Source of the DNA: Catajapyx aquilonaris
Taxonomy: Eukaryota
Direction of reading: 5' to 3'
DNA: 20,000 nt
NCBI GenBank assembly: GCA_000934665.2
Contig: JYFJ02001803.1
Location: forward strand, 49,353-69,352
Below the pieces are notes generated by a model, which saw only the letters and a program-made list of their open reading frames with translations, was not told the origin of the DNA and did no database searches. The translations under genes and the position numbers were made by a program. Each line of letters starts with the position of its first letter. Within the stretch, counting starts at the first letter, position 1. Below are positions 11,093 to 20,000 of the stretch, piece by piece.

Positions 11093-11990
11093 GGGAGGTG
11101 CAATTAGTTTTGGGCACTGATGCTTAGTTAATGTGTACGGTGCCTTAAAGGGACACTCCACTCAAAATACAAGTTGGTCTTTAAAAATCAGGCAAAAAAT
11201 CCTGATTCCGAGAATGCGATCCGTTTATCTCTGAGGCGAACGGTAATGACAGGGGAAGAGACGAAAGTCGGAAAAAATTTGAGGTCTGATCAACCATGGC
11301 ACCGCGCTTACTCCCCTCAGCCACCAGGCGAAGTTGGATACGGATCCCCGGCGGGTTTGAAATGCAGTTTGGTCGGATATTTCTGGCTTCTGCCAATGCA
11401 TATGTTGTCACCGAGGTGTTACTTTTCAGACCTCGCCTTTACTAGGGCTCCTAATTGTTTATTGCATATGCATTGGCAGCAGCCAGAAATATCCGACCGA
11501 ACTGCATTTCAAACCCGCCGGGGATCCGTATCCAACTTCCTCAGGCAGCCGCCAGGTGGCCGAGGGAGGTGAGGACAGTACTGGAGGGGCAGGGCGAAAG
11601 CAGCCAACCTACTTTGACCTTTATTTCTCGGATTACCATTAGCCGTAGAAAAAAACCTATGGTATCACCGGAATCAGGATTTCCCCCCTGATTTTTAGAG
11701 ACCAACTTGTATTTTGAGTGGAGTGTCCCTTTAAAGTAGAGGACCAGGTGGTAAAATATGGGGTAAAAATGACAAAGTGCACAGGTGGCACACCCGGATT
11801 CTTACTCTGACAGGATTTGTCGCCTATTGCACATGGACGATGCATTAGGGGACCAAGGCCAGATTATTCGGAGGCCCTCGAGCTGGCTTTTGCTTTTTTG
11901 AAACTGGCGGATCGGATGTGACGCCACGAAACTTTAAAGGCGCCATACACATTAACTACACAATGGTGCCCAAAACTAATTGCACGTCTG
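11093..11990. mobile_element. Tc1/mariner-type MITE carrying a Kolobok-like insertion
   Basis: ~55-bp imperfect TIRs (GTGCAATTAGTTTTGGGCAC...TAGTTAATGTGTA.GG.GCCTT) at 11093-11148 and ~11933-11990, with TA on both sides. Confidence 0.75.
11149..11730. mobile_element. Kolobok-like MITE, copy 1 (582 bp)
   Basis: TTAA|AGGGACACTCCACTCAAAATACAAGTTGG...CCAACTTGTATTTTGAGTGGAGTGTCCCT|TTAA. A TTAA TSD with AGG/CCT ends fits Kolobok rather than piggyBac. Internal inverted repeat at ~11330-11404 / ~11465-11539. Confidence 0.85.
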
Positions 11991-13774
11991 TATATTAGTT
12001 TTGCGAGTACTATCAGTGTACCTGGTGATGGGCACAAGTTTCCCTTCACCCTGTATATGGACAACTCACTCTAGCTTGCTATGCAAAAATTAATTACTGT
12101 TTTTGAGTAACCTATGACTAAACTCAGCCCAGCAGCATTTGTACCCCATTATACACTTATCAGACAATTGCTAAGCCTCTCTTTAAAAGGGCCTGTTGTG
12201 TGATTGATGGTAAATCTCACGTAATTATTTAAGACTGGGTTGCATAACTGCATAAGTGATAGTAAACCACTAGAAAATGAACCCAACTTATATGCTTACA
12301 TGCTTACTTACACTGTGTTTCAGAATTTGGCTTACATCAGTATTGGCAGAAATGCAGACAAGGTCGATTGGTGCCCTGAGAGGGGGAGAAAGGGAAGATG
12401 GGGAATTTGCATTGTGGCTAATTCGCCTGAGACTCTTCTGACAGAGTAGAATTAGGCAGGTATCATGTTGACACAGGAGAATCTGCAACAGTTCAACCAG
12501 TAGGAAGCGAGCTAAATTCTTATACACAAGGTATGATGCTGAAATGCCACCTCTAGTAGTGTTGTCCTTCATAAGTCTGGCTTGCATGTTAAATAAGGGA
12601 TCAAGGGCCTTCGGTTGCATTTCAGTGAGTATACTCACCAGCAAGTTCAGTCCCACCTGATTTGACCTGACTGTGACACAGCAGTGGAAATTTCTGCTAT
12701 CATGGTACCAAGTTAATAATAATAATAATAACTGGGATAGTGCTTTCACCCCCATCATGGTACCAAGTTGGCATTATGCTGGAGCTGTACTGTGTTGTTT
12801 TGGTTGAGAGAGAAAGCAAATGATGACGTCACACTCTGACTATTCCTGACCATCATTTTCACTTATTGGAATTGTGCTGAGACTCGCCAGAAATGACCAG
12901 CTAGTGACATCAGAATTTGCTCGATGCATCGACCAAAATTAAACAGCATGGCTCAGCGCAGGGCTGGCTCTATACTATGATAGTAAAGAGAAGGCCCATG
13001 CTCAGTGGGGGAAATTCTTGCCACTGCATCACAGCCTTGAGAGGACAAATCGGGAGGAATTGAACTTGCCGGTGAACATTCTCACATTAAAGCGGTATAT
13101 GGCTCCTGGTATCAGGTGGCAGAATTAGCCAGCTCTCAATTACCATTTTCTGCTCCAACCATAGTTTTCCTTTCACAATATTACACAAGCTTACGTTGGC
13201 CAGCTGGCCAGCTTTGTAATTTGACTAAACTGGTCCAGAATGGAAAAACAGTTAGACTACCCCGTTTCATGTTAAGGTGCATATTGGCAGGCAGGGTCTG
13301 CCTGTCTTGTGGGCTGCATTTGTACATTTCTTTCATTTGATGAATTTTCCTGTCATCATTTCAACACTGTTAAAATTTACCTGCAGTATGGTGCTATTGT
13401 ATGAATGTATCTGGCCAACATTATGGAAATGTTGGAATTTGCTGATTGCATAATCGAGTAACAAAATAGTCAGAGAATTTTGTAAGCTGGAGGTCACAAG
13501 CTTCCTTTGCATAGGAAGGGTGGGAGCATTTGGTATGTATTTTACTTTGGACAAGTCACGCATTGTATTGCTTCTAGGAGCCATCGACAGACATGATGAG
13601 AGTAGTGGTTACAGGAAGATAAAATGTTGTAACCTGGTTTCATGGTGTACTGAGCAGAAAGTTTGTTAAGGAGTAGCGCATACGAGACCCCATTATTGAT
13701 TCCCATTCATTTTATGAAAATGTGGAAGCATTCTGATACCTACCAATTGAAGGAAACAATCTGGATCTCCTTAA

Positions 13775-14231
13775 AGGGACACTCCACTCAAAATACAAGT
13801 TGGGTTCTAAAAATCGGGCAAAAAATCCTGATTCCGAGGGCATAAGCAGTTTTTCTTAGAGACGAACGGTAAGGCCAGTGTGAAAGCTGTAAGTGTGTCG
13901 TTCGAAAACCGCGCGCGGGGAAGGTGGGCGCAGGTCGCGACGCCACCAGAGTGGAACCGGGCGGAACTAGATGCGGTGTCTCAACAACTGCCGCACCAGG
14001 CCATGCTGTGCTCGCCTGGTGCGGCAGTTGTTGAGACACCGCATCTAGTTCCGCCCGGTTCCGGCGTCGCCACCTGCGCCGCCTGCCCCGCGCGCGGTTT
14101 TCGAACGACACACTTCCAGCTTTCACACTGGCATTACCGTTCGTCTCTAAGAAAAACTGCTTATGCCCTCGGAATCAGGATTTTTTGCCCGATTTTTAGA
14201 ACCCAACTTGTATTTTGAGTAGAGTGTCCCT
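13775..14231. mobile_element. Kolobok-like MITE, copy 2 (457 bp near-perfect palindrome)
   Basis: Same termini and TTAA TSD as copy 1. The arms pair along the whole length up to a 12-nt loop at 14002-14013. Confidence 0.9.
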
Positions 14232-16829
14232 TTAACACACCAGCTCCCATCATGCATGCATGAAAACTGGAGATAATTTTTAAAATGAGGAGAGCGTTAA
14301 CAGGAACTAAAGAAATAAGGAATATTTTCTTTAGTCTTGATGTAGGGAGCAATGCAGTGTAGGATACGTAATCTCTTGCCTGACATGATAATGTGCCATT
14401 CGGATACTTTTTAGGGCTGCAGGTAGAGGACCACTACATCAAATATGTAACAATGGCAGAAACTGCTTTTTTGGGGGGTCAGAAGTGTACTGGATCACTA
14501 TATTGTATTTTTAAACAAATATTGTAGTAATGCAAGGGCATAATTTCAAATGAAATTAAACAATTGTCGCTAAATTGTGTGTTTTTTGATGGTGCCCTGA
14601 ATTGATCTTAGTAATAATTGTCCTTGCACAATTCGTCATTTTAAAAACAGTCACTCGTAGAGTTACTATGAGAACGTCTCACAGAATATACATTGTGTTA
14701 CATGGCACTCCAACTCAGGTGTGATTGACTCAAATAGTTTTTCCTGTCACAGGTGGAAGAACAAGCAAGAGCTTTTTCAGAGGGCAATTTGTTATGGAAG
14801 CAAGCACATTTGATGTGAGTTTTGCTAATAAAAATAGGTATAATCATAATGTAACTCTATGAATATGCCATTAGCCTGTCTTGATAGGTTGCTAGTCTTT
14901 GCATCAAACTTTCTGCTTGGTGCATGAGATTTGTTGAGTTTCATATTTTACTGGGAAACATGCAGCATGCCCTGCCTATTCTTGTTTTCTGTTGACATTC
15001 CGAGCCTAAGAGAGGATTCTGTTTGTAAATTCCCAGCAGCATAATAACAATTTCTGAATTCAAGCTGTTTGGTGTGCTGACTGGACGAATGACGGAACAA
15101 AAGAAATATCTGGCACAGCCATTGAAGTCTGCTGATGAAACATGATGCAGGGGCATCCTGCATTCTGTATGCTCATAGTGAAAAGTGTAGTAATTTGGTA
15201 CATCTGGAGGCTTGTTACGAAATGGTATGCTTGGTTGTGTACATCTAGACTGGTTGGGCCTGTTAGAATGCTTCTGAGCATATAAATTCTGTATTGTTGT
15301 GGGAGGCAATGTAAATACTAAATACTAAAGTGCTGGTAAATATGAAACAGTAATAAAAATATGGAAAATAACGATAATAAATAATGAGTAAGTTTGTGTA
15401 GGAGTTTTTATCTGATAGAGTAGTGATAGTACAGTATTCTTGGTACACATCACACTGGTGGTCTTAGGTGCAAGACCAAAATCTTAATTTTGCGTGATTT
15501 GTATGTGGCAGGCCACAAGACTGGCACGTTTGGGTAGGGGGGAGCACAATTGTTGACAGACTGCTGATGTTTTAGGATACATCTTGTACATGTGTTTGCA
15601 ATTACGAGGAGACCTACTTGTAAGAGCACAAGTTGGTGACTTTTGTACAAAATAGCAAGGTTCGTGAATGAGTGCAGCAGAGCACTGGCTGTTGATGATG
15701 CTTTTATGCAAGGTCAAGCTGGAATTGATAGTGTAACTGCAGCAGCATCCCAAAATAAAACAATATGCATAATAATGATGACAGTGATGAATGTGTGAAA
15801 CAGCCAAACTTGTTAATGCACTGATACAAGTTCCCTGCCAAGAATGATTTTTTGATATTTTAAGGGCCTTGGTTGGCTAGTAGTTATTGTTGACAGTTTG
15901 TGTGGATGTGTAAGTAATGATTGACTGTATTGTTAAAGAAGGCAATGATTTGCAGTTGGCAATGCATTGGACGCACATATGACCACAAGTTGGAGGATGC
16001 CGGGTTTTGTGTACATAATTGTGTAACGGTATATACTTGTGTTATGACTTTTTTTAAATGACCATGGTGTTACCAACCATTTTCTTCAATTAAGCTTACA
16101 AGGTAGCAAACTGGTTCGTTGCATTGCTAGTTTTTTTGTTGTATATATGTAATTGTATAGTTTGATACCTTGCAATTCATAATATCAGTCCTTAGCATTG
16201 CTAATAATTGTAAAGATTGTTGTAAAGTTGGAATGGGAGAAGATTTTTATCACTGAATTTTGCATATTTTGTAACCTGCCTATTTTTACCTGCAACAACA
16301 GTAATAATAGTACCGGTAGTAGTAATAATGAGGAATTAATGCACCGGACTAAACACTGGAAGAATGATGTGACACCCCTTATGCAAAATGATGGAAGCTA
16401 TAGCTGAAACCAGTGTCTGCATTGCACCTTTTGTTTTGTCCATAGCAGTTCCTTTAATTATGGACAAGTGCTGCCAGAACTGGCTGAAATACACAAGCAA
16501 TTCAATAAAGTGATGTGCGATTTTTATACATGGAAAGTCCAACAAAATTGTTTCTGACCACTGACTGTGAACTGAAAATAAAAGGAAACTTGACAAGTTT
16601 GGTGTATTTATTTTCTCTGTCATGCAACTCTACTGAACTCTGTAATCCTCCTGCTGCTGCCATAAGGAAATTTCACGAATTGGAAATGACGCATCCAGTA
16701 AGTGCATCTCTTCAAATGGCAATACTTTGAAATAACAATTTTGGAATCTCATTTTTTGTGGGGGGAAAATTCGTACAAGTTGAATTTTGTATTCACTGCT
16801 TCAATCACAACCATTCCCAGTCATGCCAC

Positions 16830-17335
16830 ATCCTGATCAGAACACTCACTGCAAAGATCCCAAACAATATGGCCAATGAATATGTGAAATTGCTGTTGAA
16901 GCATGCCTTGGAACAGCCAGACATCCATGAGGCTCCAGTCCCGTGTAGAGTACCTGCTTGATTGTGAGTATCTCAGCCCAGATTAGTCTTCTCCATGTCC
17001 TACTACATGCTGGACACACTGGACATGATGAATCGCTTGACGCACCTGGAACTTGACTTCCACACGGTTGGAGAAGACATGCAACAAGTTGCTTGCAAGG
17101 TGGCCAGTCATCTGCTCCATCTCCCTTTACTATTTAGAGATATTCGATGTGATCACAGATGAAGCAGATCTCATCAGGAAGCTGGCCAGGCACTGTCCAG
17201 GTTTGGAAACCATGTCATTCAAATGGAAACAGTCACAAAATCAGCCAGTGACTGTAAAAAGCTGTTCCAAACTAAGACAGGTGGCCATAATGTACTCATG
17301 TGACCCAACAGTTCGCCTTCTGCACAAAATGATGC
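16830..17335 (+). pseudogene. Possible decayed leucine-rich-repeat (F-box/LRR-like) gene fragment
   Basis: Across shifting frames: MMNRLTHLELDF...KVASHLLHL, LIRKLARHCPGLETMSF and VKSCSKLRQVAI, resembling LxxxCPxLxxLxL repeats. Frameshifts and stops are present. Confidence 0.4.
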
Positions 17336-17364
17336 AAACATTCCGCACAGTCCAATTATTTCAT

Positions 17365-17922
17365 TTAACATCAAGTGACACTGCCATTTGTCTTTATTGA
17401 GCTTCCATCCTGTCTGGCATACTGTCATACTCATACAGCTCTTCTCATTTCCCTGGTGTGACCTCGCACAGAGACTGCAGTAGCCTGTAGTGATTCCTTC
17501 ATATGTGCCATGTGGCCATGACTTTCTGAACTCCTTCAGATCACCCCATAGGTTTCATATGGGGATAAGGTCCAGGCTGTTGGATGGCCATGATGGCAAG
17601 ATGGCAATGTCGTGGTCAAACAACGCCTGCTTTGTCGAACATGCCGTGTGGGATGAAGCGCCATCCTGCTGGAACACAAAGTTGTCATTTGGATGTGGAG
17701 TTAGGATTGACAGCAGGAGGGACTCTTCCAGAATGGCTTTGTACTGTACTTCTCCACATTCACTGTTCCCTCAATGAAGTGGAGTCTACCACTTCTGCTC
17801 CTACCCATGCAGTCCCAAGCCATAACACTGGCTGAGAACTCATTCTAGAAAGGCGTTCAGGATGGAAATCTTCTTTCACCATGCATAAGACACACCTTTG
17901 GCTATTATGAACAGAGACTTTA
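17365..17922 (-). mobile_element. Decayed Tc1-family transposase (DDE domain and C-terminus)
   Basis: Minus strand reads SVMAWDCMGRSRSGRLHFIEGTVNVEKY/KAILEESLL...FVFQQDGASSHTA...LPSWPSNSLDLIPI*NLWGDLK...SMPDRMEA.IKTNG, with frameshifts and stops. Confidence 0.88.
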
Positions 17923-18152
17923 TAATTGATATATTTAAGGAGGTTGGCCCAGCATTGCCTTTCAACCTCCAAGGATAGGGAAGGAAGGAAGCGGCTGTGG
18001 CCTATTATACGGAAGCAACCCCGGAATTATCCTAGAAAGACCGTGGAAAACTACAGAAAGCCACGTTCAAGGTTGCCGGCCCCGGGATTCGAACCCAGGA
18101 CCTCCCGATTAGCAGCCGGACGCCTTATCCACTATGCCAACCTGTTTCGGTA
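17923..18152 (-). mobile_element. tRNA-derived SINE, family A, copy 2 (apparently full length)
   Basis: Reverse complement shows A box TGGCATAGTGG, B box GGTTCGAATCC, a 3' hairpin GGAGGTTG/CAACCTCC and an AT-rich tail. 17-bp TSD with 15/17 matches at 17906-17922 and 18153-18169. Confidence 0.88.
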
Positions 18153-18167
18153 TATCAACAGAGACTG

Positions 18168-18245
18168 TAATAATAAGAATAATAACAATAATGATGATGA
18201 TGATGAGGATGATGATGATGACGATGAAGATGATAATGGATAATG
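18168..18245. repeat. Compound imperfect microsatellite (TAA)n(GAT)n
   Basis: Visible directly in the sequence. Confidence 0.9.
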
Positions 18246-18470
18246 CAGACCTCCTGTACACAGTACACAGACCTTTACTTAAAAGCATACATACAATATC
18301 CTTGTTATGCTGCAATGCCCTGGTCCAAGGGCATGGGGGGAGGGCGCTGTAATAGTTTCTAGTCATTTCGGACAGTCCTCATACCAGACCTTTTCTCCTA
18401 GCCCTGGGCAGAGAAGGGAGTGCAAGTCAACCCAGAAAAGATTAGTGTAAAAAGACCCGACCAAAGGTGA

Positions 18471-18772
18471 CAGGGATGAGATTTGACACCCCCCCCCCCC
18501 CAGCTACTTAAAAATTCAACAAAAATTCTTGAGTTCTCTCCTTCATTTCATTTCCCTTTATTTAAAAAAATTGTATTTCAACTTATGGTCGCGTGTGGGT
18601 TTTTCCACCTAGTGGCAAATCCGGCACTGGGAATCCCCTGGTGAAAATTTGGAATTTTTTAATGATCTCACCTGTATTTCCTATTATTGTAACTTATTTG
18701 AAAAATATTTATTCCAACTCACTGCCAACCCTAGGCAACTGCCTACTCTGCCTAATGGTAAATCCAGCGCTG
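18471..18772 (-). mobile_element. hAT-like non-autonomous element (copy 2, uninterrupted)
   Basis: Reverse complement starts CAGCGCTGGATTTACCATTAGGCAGAGTAGGCA. It shares AATAATAGGAAATA, CCATAA.TT, AAATGAAGGAGAGAAC and the terminal G-run with both halves of copy 1. No TSD is recognisable. Confidence 0.72.
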
Positions 18773-18782
18773 CTTCCAGTCG

Positions 18783-18783
<1 letters not shown>

Positions 18784-18837
<54 letters not shown>
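18784..18837. repeat. (ATT)18 microsatellite
   Basis: Perfect trinucleotide run. Confidence 0.97.
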
Positions 18838-18967
18838 GCATATTATAATTATTATTTACAATACCTTTTGAGGGGGGGAGTTGCCCCTATTTAGTTTACA
18901 ATTCAAGGACACTTATTAACAAAACAAGTATGCATAACACAAACTGATACTTTTGACCATGCTACTA

Positions 18968-19623
18968 CAGGGTGATTCTCTCGAATGGAAACCCAAACAT
19001 TCCTCAATAACTTTTTAACTATGGTATGGTTCCCGATGAAAATTGACTTGTACTTACCTTGTACCATGCCAAACAAGGTCCGACTAAAGAATATACCAAA
19101 AGTGGTCCCCTCCAGCATCCAAGAATTTTTAAATGCGAGTCTGCATATAGCCGAAGACGCCTGCAGATCTGGCGGTGGGCATTGCCTCCATCTCACGCCA
19201 GCCAAGCGCCGTAGGGGGGTTCACAACTAGCTGACGGTAGCATACCAAACGAACGAAACGAAATAGTGGACCAATCAGAGCCCAAAAGTGAAAGTCACTT
19301 TTAGTCATCCTCAAGTGGGCTCTGATTGGTCCACTATTTCGTTTCGTATGCTACCGTCAGCTAGTTGTGAACCCCCCTATGGCGCTTGGCTGGCGGGAGA
19401 TGGAGGCAATGCCTGCCGCCAGTAGGCAGGAGTCTTCGGTAAAGATGCAGACTCGCATTAAAAAATTCCTGGATGCTGGAGGGGACCACTTTTGGTATAT
19501 TCTTTAGTCGGACCTTGTTTGGCATAGTACAAGGTAAGTATAAGTCAATTTTCATCGGGAACCATGCCCTAGTTAAAAAGTTATAGAGGAATGTTTGGGT
19601 TTCCATTCGAGAGAATCACCCTG
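18968..19623. mobile_element. Tc1/mariner-type fold-back MITE (656 bp)
   Basis: TA|CAGGGTGATTCTCTCGAATGGAAACCC...GAGAATCACCCTG|TA. Arms of ~310 bp pair almost throughout, with a ~31-nt spacer at 19285-19315. Confidence 0.92.
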
Positions 19624-20000
19624 TATAATATATGTAGATATTAATGGATTACACTTTGAAACCTAGAATAAGGTAATCACCTGTTGGACTGGACCAGCCC
19701 GGGTGTTCAGGAGGTCTGGTATTCAGATTTCATCTCTAAATCACAAAAGATCAGATTTTTGTGAAGCGTCAAAAAGAGACGGTGAAGGGAATAAATGTTC
19801 ATTTTCGTTAGATCGCAAAAAATTGTGTGTATCAAATCGGGTGGGACAGACGGGATTTCCGCGAAGTACTTTTGCCGAGCATCCGAAATGAAACTGCATT
19901 CATATACTTGCCCAAACCCAGAATAATTCGCTCACCCTGATATTTCCCAGTTGAGAATATGGAAATGACGAAATATAAATTAATTGCACATAAATAGGGT

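Noticed and set aside
10570..12053. Possible outer CAGGGTG...CACCCTG element around the 10.6-12.0 kb cluster
   Set aside because: Only 7 bp of inverted match and no TA on the left side.
12288..13584. Several 70-156 aa ORFs
   Set aside because: No motif or splice pattern I can support. These may be very old repeats.
13788..14218. Paired near-identical ORFs on opposite strands (also 11181-11691 and 18985-19606)
   Set aside because: They are artefacts of palindromic MITEs.
17926..18894. ORFs with poly-D/N/I/L/M runs
   Set aside because: They are translations of microsatellites and repeats.

Overview
Eukaryotic (arthropod, most likely insect) genomic DNA, not prokaryotic. The one intact gene is the 3' end of the activin/TGF-beta R-Smad Smox (Smad2/3): three + strand coding exons (2442-2666, 8424-8568, 8772-8895) encoding the MH2 domain up to the C-terminal CSSMS. 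Upstream exons were not found in the window. The rest is intron, 3' UTR or intergenic DNA packed with transposons: Tc1/mariner, hAT, piggyBac-like, PIF/Harbinger-like and Kolobok-like MITEs, tRNA-derived SINEs, an R1-clade LINE fragment and a Helitron-like 3' end. Several are nested and many form long hairpins. The most interesting signals are: (1) an intronless ionotropic-receptor-like relic inside the Smox intron that keeps its N-terminus, M1, pore region and last TM helix but lacks both ligand-binding lobes; (2) a three-level hAT > mariner > LINE nest whose empty version lies elsewhere in the window; (3) a stem-loop just after the Smox UGA that could drive readthrough and mask the SSXS motif. 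I cannot support a claim of a new biological system from sequence alone. All family calls come from motifs read by eye, with no database search.
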